Positions 46,973-56,573 of a DNA stretch of 64,000 bases are shown in pieces (position 1 is the stretch's first letter; each line of letters starts with the position of its first letter). Under the pieces are notes generated by a model, which worked only from the letters and a program-made list of their open reading frames with translations, made no database searches and was not told the DNA's origin. Made by a program: the position numbers and the translations under genes. The stretch spans positions 6,651 through 70,650 of the forward strand of contig JARLGV010000032.1 of the NCBI GenBank assembly GCA_031292555.1. Direction: 5' to 3'. The DNA is from Fimbriimonas sp. GTDB lineage: Bacteria; Armatimonadota; Fimbriimonadia; Fimbriimonadales; Fimbriimonadaceae.

Positions 46973-47923
46973 TTGTGGGAAAATCGTTTTGAATTGGAAA
47001 CCGACGCCAAATTGCGAACGGCCGACGAGAGCGAGCTGCCTGCTCTGCTGGAATTGTGGACGGCTGTTCTCAATCCCGACGTGTCGGTTTTTACCTCGAT
47101 GTACTATTCGTGCCCTGCTGTCAAGCGGCGCACATTCGTGATGGAGGACCACGGCAAGATTGTTTCGTCCGTCCAGCAGTTCATCCTTCCAGTTCGCGAC
47201 GAACTGTGCAAAGCGGTTCCGATCGGGGCGATCGCAAACGTCTCGACCTTGCCTGAGTATCGAGGCCGAGGCTATTCGACGAAGCTGCTTCATGCCTCCA
47301 TATCCGATATGAAGGCGGCCGGTTGCGGATGGTCGTACTTATTCACGGGGATAATGCCGTTCTATGAGCGGCTTGGCTGGCGTCCGATTCACCGGACATC
47401 GTTGGCCGTTTCTGTTCGGTCGAAACCGGAGGCAGATGCCTTTACCGACGTCGTCATTGACGAGACGCCGGATCTCGAGCGCCTTAGGATGCTTGATGAG
47501 GGCAGTTTCGTCGCTCCTCTCTCGCAGATCCGAGGGGACTTAGATTGGAAATACAAGATTCCGCCCCGGATATTGGGGAAGACAGTCTTTGTGGGGGAGG
47601 ACTCGTTCGCGATCGTTCACCGCTCGGACGACGAAGCGACGATCGAGGAGTGGGGTATGCCCGATCCGTCCGTGATCAAGTTCCAGCATTTGGTCGAGTC
47701 GGTCGCAGGTTGGACATTCGACCAGGGAATTCAGCGAATGGTCGTCTCCGCCCCTATTCTTGCCGAGGCAAGGCAAGCCCTTGAGACGATTTTCGCGACG
47801 GTCGACGAGATTGACCACCTCGGCGCCATGGTGCGCCCCCTAAGCTCGCGCTGGCCGCTTTCCCGGATTATCTCGCTATTCTCGCTTCAAGAAGCCCGAT
47901 TCCTGACCTTGGACAACTTCTAG
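46973..47923 (+). CDS. GNAT acetyltransferase (Eis-like)
   Basis: IGAIANVSTLPEYRGRGYS, FYERLGW. Confidence 0.88.
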   Translation: MWENRFELETDAKLRTADESELPALLELWTAVLNPDVSVFTSMYYSCPAVKRRTFVMEDHGKIVSSVQQFILPVRDELCKAVPIGAIANVSTLPEYRGRGYSTKLLHASISDMKAAGCGWSYLFTGIMPFYERLGWRPIHRTSLAVSVRSKPEADAFTDVVIDETPDLERLRMLDEGSFVAPLSQIRGDLDWKYKIPPRILGKTVFVGEDSFAIVHRSDDEATIEEWGMPDPSVIKFQHLVESVAGWTFDQGIQRMVVSAPILAEARQALETIFATVDEIDHLGAMVRPLSSRWPLSRIISLFSLQEARFLTLDNF

Positions 47924-48061
47924 GATCGCTGGCTCCGCGTGAACGAGTTCTTCCAAGTCCGTTATTTTGGCAATCAAAATGCATAGGGTGTAAAGCAGCA
48001 TGGACCAGCCTTGGGGAGCAAAGCGGACAGCTTCGACACTGAGAGAGTCCAGTTCTGTGCC

Positions 48062-48523
48062 ATGCCGTTGTGGTGCACGCTGCTCCAGTTTCCAGGGCGG
48101 AGGTTGCCCGATCCTGGGGCCCACTTCGAGTGGAGCTTGACGCAGAGCGTATGGTGCGGTGGCAACGGGATCTAGGTGAGCATTTGGGGGCGACCAATTA
48201 CGTTGGCGGCGTACATTGTCGTGAGGGTCATTTACGCGTAGGCCCTGCGAAAAGCGTTCGGGGCCCACGGAGTCAAGCGTGGCGATCCTTGGGCAGGATA
48301 TGGCGCGCGTGCAGTGCTTGGTGGAATCGCCCACATGGCACGGAGAAGGCGATGGACCAACACGGGCGTTATGGGAATTGCCTATGGCGCCGGTCTCTTC
48401 CTTGCACTCCCGAACTTGTTCTCCTTTCGGACAGAATTGCTACACCTTGTCCCCGCCTTGAGCCTCGCAGAAGTCGCAGCAATGAGAAGCAAAGGTTTGG
48501 CTCTGAGGCATCCTGCCGGATGA
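48062..48523 (+). pseudogene. Possible decayed membrane-protein gene (in-frame TAGs)
   Basis: One frame with hydrophobic segments interrupted by TAG at 48173 and 48239. Confidence 0.3.
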
Positions 48524-48561
48524 CCAGCAACTCCCGCCAAATAGGGTAAGCACGTCGTTAC

Positions 48562-50826
48562 GTGACCATGTTCTTGGCTTTCTTGGCTCCAATGGTTTTA
48601 GGGATGGGAGGACCGATGATCGACTCTGCTCCAAAAGGGATCGACGACTACGATGTGGTGTGGACGACGCCATCCAAAGACGCGGCGGGCTCGATGCCGA
48701 TCGGAAACGGGGAAGTGGTTCTCAACGTTTGGGTCGAGTACCAGACCGGAGACCTGCTCTTCCTCATCGCCCGGACCGATGCCTTGTCCGAGATTTCGCG
48801 TGTGCTCAAGTTGGGACGCATCCGCGTCCATCTCGATCCGAGCCCGTTCAAGTCGGCAAGCGACTTCAGGCAGCATCTCCATCTTCGCGATGGAGCGATC
48901 GAGGTTTCTGGCAACGGCGCCGACCTACGGCTCTACGTCGATGCAAAGAGTAACACTGTTCACGTCAATGGACAAACATCTGTTCCAGTGGGTGTCCGAG
49001 CAACTGTCGAGTGCTGGAGGAACGAAGCCAGAGAACTTCCTAAGGACGAAAACGCGTCGGCATGGTCGGTCCACGACGCGCCCTTCAAACTGGTCGAGTC
49101 GGCAGACGTGTTCTTTTCCCAAGAAAAGCAGTCGGTCACCTGGTACCACCGAAACGAAACGTCTGTCGTCCCGCAAGTCTTAGCCAACCAATCGCTCACC
49201 GGCTTGCCCGGAACGTTCGATCCGCTGATGCACCGCACGTTTGGTGGGCGTCTCGAAGGCACCCACTTCGTTGCAGACGGCCAACGCGGCATTCAAACCG
49301 ATCGGTCGGTGACGAACTTCGACCTGAAAGTGACGACCTACACGTCGATCGCCAAGACGCCGGAGGACTGGCTCAAGGGTCTTGTCGATTCCGATCGAAT
49401 GAGTGCCAAAGCCAGCACGGCCGCCTCCGACACGATGGCTTGGTGGCACTCATTTTGGGGTCGATCCTGGCTCGTCAGCGATGCCGGCAAGAGCGGTGAG
49501 GGAACGTCGCCGATCACCAAGGGTTATCTGCTTCAGCGATACGTTCAAGCCTGTCAGGGGCGCGGGGAGTACCCGATCAAGTTTAATGGCGGCTACTACA
49601 CAGTTGAGCCGAAGGTCATGGGGCGCGATTCAACGCCCGATTGGCGGAACTGGGGGGACTGCCACTGGTTCCAAAATGTGCGCCACATGTATCACCCGAT
49701 GCTCGCCGGCGGCGACTTCGAGATGATGGAACCGTTCTTCAAACTTTACGAGACGTCGAGGCCGCTTGCCGAATCCCGCACCCAGAAATACCATGGCGCG
49801 GAGGGAGCCTATTTCCCTGAGACTATGACCGTCTTCGGAACTTACTCCGGTGGGGACTATGGGTGGGATCGAACCGGAAAGCAGCCGAAAGATGTGGACT
49901 GCAAATACTGGCAGTACGCGTGGAACCAGGGCCCCGAATTGGTCGTATTAATGCTCGACCGTTGGGACTACACTCGGGATGAGAAGTTCCTAAAGCAGCG
50001 TCTTCTTCCGATGGCGAAGTCGGTCCTTGAGTACTTCGACACCCGTTTCCACAAGGATGGGCAAGGGAAGGTCGTGCTGGATCCAACCCAAGTGGTTGAA
50101 ACCTATTGGTACGGTGTAGTGAACGACATGCCGACCACTGCCGGGCTGATCGCGATTACCGACCGGCTCTGCCAACTGCCCGAATCCCTCGTCGGCTCCG
50201 AGCGTCTAGCGCTCTTCCGAAAGATGCGCGCCGCTTGCCCGGATCTGCCAATACTGGAGAAAGACGGAGTGAAGGTGCTGGCCCCTGCCCAGAAGTTCCA
50301 GCCTGAAACCTCGAATTGCGAGAACGGCGAACTTTACGGAGTCTGGCCGTTCAGGGTTGTATCGCTTTCTCATCCGGCGATGCTGGATGCGGCGAAGGAA
50401 GCATACAAGAACCGTCATAACCACCTCGACGTCGGCTGGGGGTATGACGGAAACGTCGCTGCCCTTCTGGGTATGACCGACGAAGCGGCAAGGATTCTCG
50501 GCGTCAAGTGCGCCAACTCCAACCCACGCTTCCGTTGGCCGGCATCGTGGGGACCCAATTTCGACTGGGTGCCTGATCAGAATCATGGCGGCAACCTCCT
50601 GAACACCGCGGACCTAATGCTGCTGCAAGCCGATCCGATCGAAGATGGAGGAGCGATTCGCATTCTGCCCGCTTGGCCGACGGCCTGGAACGTCGACTTC
50701 AAGCTCCATGCCCCAGGGAAGACGACGGTTCGTTGCGTTGCGGAAGGTGGCCGAATAGTTAGTCTTGAGGTGTCTCCCAAGTCGAGGCTGAAGGACGTCG
50801 TTTGGCCCGAAGGCTGGCAGCGGTAA
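48562..50826 (+). CDS. DUF5703 / GH95-like glycoside hydrolase
   Basis: GSMPIGNG, PIKFNGG, WQNVR-like WFQNVRHMY, DQNHGG, ILPAWPTAWNVDFKLHAP; signal peptide. Confidence 0.78.
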   Translation: MTMFLAFLAPMVLGMGGPMIDSAPKGIDDYDVVWTTPSKDAAGSMPIGNGEVVLNVWVEYQTGDLLFLIARTDALSEISRVLKLGRIRVHLDPSPFKSASDFRQHLHLRDGAIEVSGNGADLRLYVDAKSNTVHVNGQTSVPVGVRATVECWRNEARELPKDENASAWSVHDAPFKLVESADVFFSQEKQSVTWYHRNETSVVPQVLANQSLTGLPGTFDPLMHRTFGGRLEGTHFVADGQRGIQTDRSVTNFDLKVTTYTSIAKTPEDWLKGLVDSDRMSAKASTAASDTMAWWHSFWGRSWLVSDAGKSGEGTSPITKGYLLQRYVQACQGRGEYPIKFNGGYYTVEPKVMGRDSTPDWRNWGDCHWFQNVRHMYHPMLAGGDFEMMEPFFKLYETSRPLAESRTQKYHGAEGAYFPETMTVFGTYSGGDYGWDRTGKQPKDVDCKYWQYAWNQGPELVVLMLDRWDYTRDEKFLKQRLLPMAKSVLEYFDTRFHKDGQGKVVLDPTQVVETYWYGVVNDMPTTAGLIAITDRLCQLPESLVGSERLALFRKMRAACPDLPILEKDGVKVLAPAQKFQPETSNCENGELYGVWPFRVVSLSHPAMLDAAKEAYKNRHNHLDVGWGYDGNVAALLGMTDEAARILGVKCANSNPRFRWPASWGPNFDWVPDQNHGGNLLNTADLMLLQADPIEDGGAIRILPAWPTAWNVDFKLHAPGKTTVRCVAEGGRIVSLEVSPKSRLKDVVWPEGWQR

Positions 50827-50836
50827 GATCATCCCT

Positions 50837-51349
50837 ATGATCTTCAAGACGGCCCTGTTCGCATTGCTGATGCTTGGCAGCATGGCATTCGCATCGACCG
50901 ACGATGTCAAGAAACAACTCGACGCGAACTATGAAGCCCTCGGCGCCGCGTTCAAGCGGAAGGACATGGGCGCCTTCGCCAAGTTCTATGCCGACGACTT
51001 TGTCAGTTTAGATGCCAAAGGCAAGTCGATCTCCCGCTCCAACGTGTTATCGACTCTCGGAAGCGAAATGAAAGTGGCCACCAGCGTCGAATGGAAGCGA
51101 AAAGTGACGAAGGTTACGGTGTCAGGCGGCCTCGCAACCGCGACCGTCTCCGGCTACTTTGCCGCGACCCTTCCGATGCCCGACAAGAAATCACACAAGA
51201 TACAAGTCCGGACCCTCAACGAGAATGTGTGGAAGAGGGTTGGTCACTCGTGGTTAATGAAACGGTCGAAGCCGATTAGCAGCACTTTGGTCCAAGATGG
51301 ACACCTAATGACGAGAACGGTGCGCCGCCGCGTGATACCACCCAAGTAA
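50837..51349 (+). CDS. Secreted NTF2-like / DUF4440 protein
   Basis: Signal peptide ..SMAFA; LDANYEALGAAFKRKD..YADDF; WKRVGHSWLM. Confidence 0.78.
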   Translation: MIFKTALFALLMLGSMAFASTDDVKKQLDANYEALGAAFKRKDMGAFAKFYADDFVSLDAKGKSISRSNVLSTLGSEMKVATSVEWKRKVTKVTVSGGLATATVSGYFAATLPMPDKKSHKIQVRTLNENVWKRVGHSWLMKRSKPISSTLVQDGHLMTRTVRRRVIPPK

Positions 51350-51360
51350 ACGCGCACCAA

Positions 51361-51813
51361 CTACTTCCTGGACCACTCCCACAGCCGATAGAGCAGTTTG
51401 TCCTCCGGTTCCGCACCATTGAGGCGAAGGGCGATTTCGATCTGTGCCCGGTGGTTTGCCTCGTGCGCAATGCAGTATGCGAAGAAATTCAGCACGTCTT
51501 GCCGGCCTGGCTTATCGGCGGCGTCCATCGCTCGGAATCGGGTTTCCATCAACGTGCCCGATAGCTGGAGGCCCTCCGTAATCTCCTCGCGAGTGGCCGT
51601 CTTCCAGTCGAGCTTCGGGATCGTCGCCGCCTCTGCCGGCATCTTTTCGGCGAGCCAGTGGGTTCGGAACCCGATCAAGTGAACGTAGTTGGACCTGATC
51701 GTCTTGCCCTTCCCGGGCTTGAACTCCAAGTGCTCAGCGGCGCATAGTCCCAGTAACTCCAAGTTGATCTTGTCGTTAACGCGCCAGGCTTCTACTAGAT
51801 CGTCGATTCTCAT
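51361..51813 (-). CDS. DinB family protein
   Basis: First His (VHL) and HEANHRAQI motif; start at MRIDDL. Confidence 0.85.
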   Translation of the reverse strand: MRIDDLVEAWRVNDKINLELLGLCAAEHLEFKPGKGKTIRSNYVHLIGFRTHWLAEKMPAEAATIPKLDWKTATREEITEGLQLSGTLMETRFRAMDAADKPGRQDVLNFFAYCIAHEANHRAQIEIALRLNGAEPEDKLLYRLWEWSRK

Positions 51814-51818
51814 ATTGG

Positions 51819-52721
51819 TTACATTGACCAAGGTTCGGCATAGATATCGTGCTCGTCCGACCACCTTCGCTGCAAAGCGACCGTTTCCTCTTGAATGTCC
51901 GGATCCAGGGGACGCTCCTGCGCGGTCTCATCAAGAAACGTCTGGAGGTTGGTCATCTGGCTCGTCGATCCTATTGTCGATTGGACCTGCGCAAAACCGA
52001 AGACGAATCGGACGCAGAATTCGGTCCATGTAACACATCCAGACCTGTCGAAGATCGGCTCAACTTCGATTGCTCGCTTCCGCAGATACTCCGGAGCCTT
52101 CGGATCTTGGATCAGCCGCTTAATCGAGCCCCCACAAGTTGTCCTCATCGCGACGATCGTGACGTTTCGATCGTGGATCATGTCCCAAAGTTCGTTCGTC
52201 ACGAACCTCTGGAGCGGATTGAGGTAGAAGATGAATCCCTCAACCAGCCGGCCGGCGTTGTCTTCCCTCAATGCCTCAATCGCCATCTGGGAGTTCCACG
52301 GCCACAGTTCGAGGACATATCGATCGACTAGGCCCTCCTGCTTCAAACCGTTAAGGCCCTCGAAGCAAATGCCTCCCATCTGGAAGTCCTGGGCGAGCGC
52401 TCCGCCAAGGCATAATTGGCCCACCGTCATCTGTTCGATGGCAAGCGGCTCAAGGTTCAGGAGAATCTGTTCTCGTACCTGTTCGACCGAATCCCAACCG
52501 ATTTTGACGATCGTCTTTGGCAGAACCGTGCGATTCTCGTCGAAGGCGGCCCGCAACACCTGGAGCGCCTCCCCGTACTGATTGCTCGTATGAATCCAAA
52601 CCCCGGCGTCAATGGCTGCTCGGGCAATGCGCACCCGTTCACCAAACGACAGTGAACTGTCCCCGAGCCGAGTCGTACCGTAAATGAAGTCGGACAGATC
52701 GGACAACAGATTCCCTGGCAT
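51819..52721 (-). CDS. Aldo/keto reductase family protein (divergent)
   Basis: IYGTTRLG, HTSNQYG, IGSTSQ..NL; AKR-like layout. Confidence 0.75.
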   Translation of the reverse strand: MPGNLLSDLSDFIYGTTRLGDSSLSFGERVRIARAAIDAGVWIHTSNQYGEALQVLRAAFDENRTVLPKTIVKIGWDSVEQVREQILLNLEPLAIEQMTVGQLCLGGALAQDFQMGGICFEGLNGLKQEGLVDRYVLELWPWNSQMAIEALREDNAGRLVEGFIFYLNPLQRFVTNELWDMIHDRNVTIVAMRTTCGGSIKRLIQDPKAPEYLRKRAIEVEPIFDRSGCVTWTEFCVRFVFGFAQVQSTIGSTSQMTNLQTFLDETAQERPLDPDIQEETVALQRRWSDEHDIYAEPWSM

Positions 52722-52809
52722 GATGCAAGTCTTACCCCCGAATGACCGCTTGGCGACATAAACCGCGTTAGGTAAATGTTCTCAAACTCGGTACGGCAGG
52801 AATTGTGCG

Positions 52810-53601
52810 ATGATCTACCCTGTGTCCTTTCGAATCCTCCTAGCCACCGTGCTGCTCACGTTCGTCACTCTCGTACGCGCTCAAGATAACTACGAGATTC
52901 AGGTCTACGGTTCTGACACCGTCAAGAAGGGCCATACGATGGTCGAACTCCACTCCAACTACAACCTGAATGGGCCATCCACGACGACGAATGGAGTGCT
53001 TCCGACCAAGAACGCCCTTCACGAGACGGTCGAAATCACCCACGGGTGGACGGATACCTTTGAGACGGGGTTCTACATATTCACGAGCTACCGAAACGAC
53101 CAAGGATTCAACTATGTTGGCAGCCATATACGGCCGCGCTGGCGCGTTCCCGATAGCTGGAAATGGCCGGTAGGCGCGAGCCTTTCGTTCGAATACGGAT
53201 TTGAGAAACGGCAATTCGCCGAAGATACCTCCGACCTGGAGATACGCCCGATCGTCGACAAGCAACTTGGCCGCTGGTACCTGGCCTTCAACCCTGCTCT
53301 GGAACGAGGCCTCACGGGTCTCAATGCGGGTTCGGGCTTCACGTTCTCTCCCAACTTTATGGTGAGTTACGACGTCACCCGGGTTATTACGCTCGGGCTG
53401 GAGTACTACGGTTCAGTCGGGCCGGTTACGAACTGGGATAGCCCGACGAACCAAACGAACCAGTTGTTTCCGTCGATCGACCTGAACCTCGGGGACGAGT
53501 GGGAGTTCAATTTCGGAATTGGCTTCGGCTTGAACGATTCTTCTCAAACATCTCAAGGAACGATCGTCAAAATGATCGTTGGACGGCGCTTCTCGTTCTA
53601 G
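52810..53601 (+). CDS. Outer-membrane beta-barrel protein of unknown substrate
   Basis: Signal peptide, alternating aromatic strands, C-terminal RRFSF. Confidence 0.7.
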   Translation: MIYPVSFRILLATVLLTFVTLVRAQDNYEIQVYGSDTVKKGHTMVELHSNYNLNGPSTTTNGVLPTKNALHETVEITHGWTDTFETGFYIFTSYRNDQGFNYVGSHIRPRWRVPDSWKWPVGASLSFEYGFEKRQFAEDTSDLEIRPIVDKQLGRWYLAFNPALERGLTGLNAGSGFTFSPNFMVSYDVTRVITLGLEYYGSVGPVTNWDSPTNQTNQLFPSIDLNLGDEWEFNFGIGFGLNDSSQTSQGTIVKMIVGRRFSF

Positions 53602-53644
53602 TTGAGCGACCTGGTTCGAATCGCAGGAGATTCGCCAATGAATC

Positions 53645-54214
53645 ATGGAATACCTTGGACGGGAAGAAGCAAACAAACCGCGAGCGTCTCGCATTCTGGT
53701 CTACGGCGTAACCGGTTCGGGAAAGACGACGCTTGCTCGCCGAATCGGCGAGATCACCGGCCTGCCGTGGTACTCGGTCGACGACCTGACCTGGGAGCCT
53801 AACTGGGTGCAGGTGGAAAGTGGGGAGCAAAGAAAGCGGATAACCGAGATCTGCAGTCGCGACGAGTGGGTGCTCGACTCAGCCTACGCTCAATGGAGGG
53901 AGATTCCCTTGGCGCATGTCCAGTTGATCGTTGCCTTGGACTATCCCCGGTGGGTCTCGCTTGGCCGCCTGGTACGTCGATGCCTTCAGCGTTTGGTGGA
54001 CGGAAAGCCGATCTGCAACGGCAATCGCGAGTCGCTGGTGACGTTGTTCTCACGGGAGTCCATCGTTGTTTGGCACTTCAAATCGTTTGGCAACAAACGG
54101 GCGCGCATGCGCCAATGGGTGTCGAATCCGGGCGAGATGACCGTTGTTCACATCCAAACTCGTCGCCAGCTGGACATTTGGGTTCGCGACTTAGAGGTTC
54201 TTTACCGTCCGTGA
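53645..54214 (+). CDS. Adenylate-kinase-like / FlaR-type P-loop protein
   Basis: RILVYGVTGSGKTTLARR, DDLTW.PNW, WVLDSAY. Confidence 0.85.
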   Translation: MEYLGREEANKPRASRILVYGVTGSGKTTLARRIGEITGLPWYSVDDLTWEPNWVQVESGEQRKRITEICSRDEWVLDSAYAQWREIPLAHVQLIVALDYPRWVSLGRLVRRCLQRLVDGKPICNGNRESLVTLFSRESIVVWHFKSFGNKRARMRQWVSNPGEMTVVHIQTRRQLDIWVRDLEVLYRP

Positions 54215-54251
54215 TGGGACCGGCACGTGCGCTCGTCGCATAATGTGCCCT

Positions 54252-54686
54252 ATGCAAAGCCCTTCGGCAACGGCGCAAGAATTTCTTACGAGTCTGCCAG
54301 ATAGTAGACGGACGGCTATTGCTGCCGTTAGGGAAGTCATCTTGACCCACCTTCCCGAGGGCTATGCGGAAGGCATGCTGTACGGCATGCTCTGCTATTT
54401 CGTGCCCATTGTTCGGCTTCCAACCAAGACCGGCGTACCTATTGGGTATATCGCTCTTGCATCTCAGAAGCAATACATGTCGCTCTACTTGATGGCCCGT
54501 TGCTACCGGGACGGAGTTGCCGACCGCTTTCGTGAAGAATATGCCGCGACCGGGAAGAAACTCGATATGGGAAAGGGCTGCATCCGCTTCAGGAGGCTCG
54601 AGGATTTACCGCTGGATGTCATTGCCCAAGCGGTCGCTGCGGTACCCGTCGAGCAGTTCGTTGCCGAATATTCGGTCGCAAAATAG
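54252..54686 (+). CDS. DUF1801 (YdhG-like) protein
   Basis: LASQKQYMSLY, LDMGKGCIRFRRLEDLP; start at MQSPS. Confidence 0.88.
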   Translation: MQSPSATAQEFLTSLPDSRRTAIAAVREVILTHLPEGYAEGMLYGMLCYFVPIVRLPTKTGVPIGYIALASQKQYMSLYLMARCYRDGVADRFREEYAATGKKLDMGKGCIRFRRLEDLPLDVIAQAVAAVPVEQFVAEYSVAK

Positions 54687-54747
54687 GGCTTCGACCAATG
54701 GAAGGCGCGAGCCCCTATCCGCCTGGGGCAACGAGTGATGATTCGAC

Positions 54748-55614
54748 ATGACCGAGGAACTGAGAACGAACTGGAGGGAGCGCGCCACCAAACTCGAGCG
54801 TCGTTGGGGATTGACCGATGTGAACTGGAAGGATGGCGTTAGCACCGCAAGGGTCGCCACGTGCCTTAGCCCATCCGGGCCAGCTTTCCTGAAGCTCAGT
54901 TGCTATGCCGACACGGTTCAGTCGGAAGAGCGTGCCCTCCGGCATTTTGGCGACAAAATCTGCCCGAGAGTCCTCCAGGCATCGTTCGAGGATGAGGCGA
55001 TTCTGCTTGAACGGATTGACGTCCAATACGACCTATCGGCCATCTATCCGAATGTCGAGGCGGAGGTCGAGGTTTGGGCGTCGTTTTTCGAGTCGATCGT
55101 CGAGAACACGGCCCCGTCGAATGGATTCCGCACGTTGGGGGATTACGCGCTTGTGTTCGCCAACGTGCTGGAACTCTCAGACTCTGCCGACGTGCGTAAT
55201 GTGCTCGCCCTTGCCGATCGATGGAAGCCGATCCTCATGGACGAGCCAGCTTCCCATCGCCTCCTTCACGGCGATTTGCACCATTTCAACTTGCTGTACG
55301 ACTGCGGCGGTAAATGGCGGATGGTCGATCCACACGGAGTCTTTGGTCATCCTTACTACGAAGTCGGCGCCTTTATGCGGAACCCGATGCCAGCCTTCTA
55401 CCGTCAGGGCGATTTGCCGACCGCCGCCATGAACCGGTTGGACCGCCTTGCCGATCATCTGAGCGCTTCGCCCCGGACTCTTGCCCGTTACGGTTTCTTT
55501 GGCGTTGCGTTCTCCATCGCCTGGGACTTGGACGAGGGATCCATGGCAATAGACCCAGACCTCGTTCGACTAGCCCAATTCTTGGCTAAAGTTGGAGATG
55601 ATCGGACGCGATAA
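54748..55614 (+). CDS. APH(6)/StrB-like aminoglycoside-hydroxyurea phosphotransferase family kinase
   Basis: A..E..AL..F, ILLERI, LLHGDLHHFNLL, VDPHG..G...YE. Confidence 0.82.
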   Translation: MTEELRTNWRERATKLERRWGLTDVNWKDGVSTARVATCLSPSGPAFLKLSCYADTVQSEERALRHFGDKICPRVLQASFEDEAILLERIDVQYDLSAIYPNVEAEVEVWASFFESIVENTAPSNGFRTLGDYALVFANVLELSDSADVRNVLALADRWKPILMDEPASHRLLHGDLHHFNLLYDCGGKWRMVDPHGVFGHPYYEVGAFMRNPMPAFYRQGDLPTAAMNRLDRLADHLSASPRTLARYGFFGVAFSIAWDLDEGSMAIDPDLVRLAQFLAKVGDDRTR

Positions 55615-55631
55615 AGTCGTAGGAGAAGCAC

Positions 55632-56573
55632 ATGGAATTTACGACCCTCGGACGCACTGAGCTCAGAGTTTCCCGTATGGGCCTTGGATGCGGAGGACAC
55701 AGTCGGCTGGGGCTCGCAAACGGTGCTTCTGAATCGGAGAGCGAAGCAATCGTCCGGTCGGCAATATCCTTTGGTATCAACTTCATCGACACTGCCGAGA
55801 GCTACGGTACAGAAGAGGTCGTTGGACGCGCGATTTCGAGAACCCCTCGCGAGAAACTCGTGATCTCCACGAAAGCAGGCGTCGGATGGCAGGAACGTCG
55901 ATGCACCGGTGATGAGATGCGAGAACGAGTGCACGCCTGCCTCGCCCGATTGAGGACCGACTATATCGACATCTTCCACATCCACGGGCTGAGCTTGGAC
56001 GACTACATGTATGCGTCGGTCGAGCTATTACCCGTCCTATTGGACCTTAAGCTTGCCGGCAAGATCCGGTACGTTGGCGTCACGGAGGCCTTCGGCCCCG
56101 ATCCCGGACATCGCATGATGAATCGGGCCGTTGATGACGCGTTCTGGGACGTTGTCATGGTGGGCTTCAACATCCTCAACCAGTCGGCTAGGAGCAAAAT
56201 CCTGGTCAGGACGCAAGAAAAGGCAATCGGTACGCTGTGCATGTTCGCGGTACGCCGGGCGATGAGTCATCCGGAAACGTTGCCTGACATCATCCGGAAT
56301 CTGGTCACCGAAGGCGCAGTCGACGAGTCTCGTGTCGACCTTGAAGATCCTCTAGGGTTCGTGACTGCCGGCGGAGTTGCCGGATCGGTCCAGGAAGCTG
56401 CCTATCGCTTTTGCCTTCACGAACCGGGGATTGATGTGGTCCTATCAGGAACCGGCAACCTTGCTCACCTGAAGTCCAATGTCGCCGCCCTGTGCGGCGA
56501 TCCACTGCCGGAAGAGGTCGCGACACGCCTTCGAACCATGTTCCAGCGCGTCGATACGATCTCCGGCAACTAA
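55632..56573 (+). CDS. Aldo/keto reductase
   Basis: LGRTELRVSRMGLG, INFIDTAESYG, STK, DYIDIFHIH. Confidence 0.93.
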   Translation: MEFTTLGRTELRVSRMGLGCGGHSRLGLANGASESESEAIVRSAISFGINFIDTAESYGTEEVVGRAISRTPREKLVISTKAGVGWQERRCTGDEMRERVHACLARLRTDYIDIFHIHGLSLDDYMYASVELLPVLLDLKLAGKIRYVGVTEAFGPDPGHRMMNRAVDDAFWDVVMVGFNILNQSARSKILVRTQEKAIGTLCMFAVRRAMSHPETLPDIIRNLVTEGAVDESRVDLEDPLGFVTAGGVAGSVQEAAYRFCLHEPGIDVVLSGTGNLAHLKSNVAALCGDPLPEEVATRLRTMFQRVDTISGN

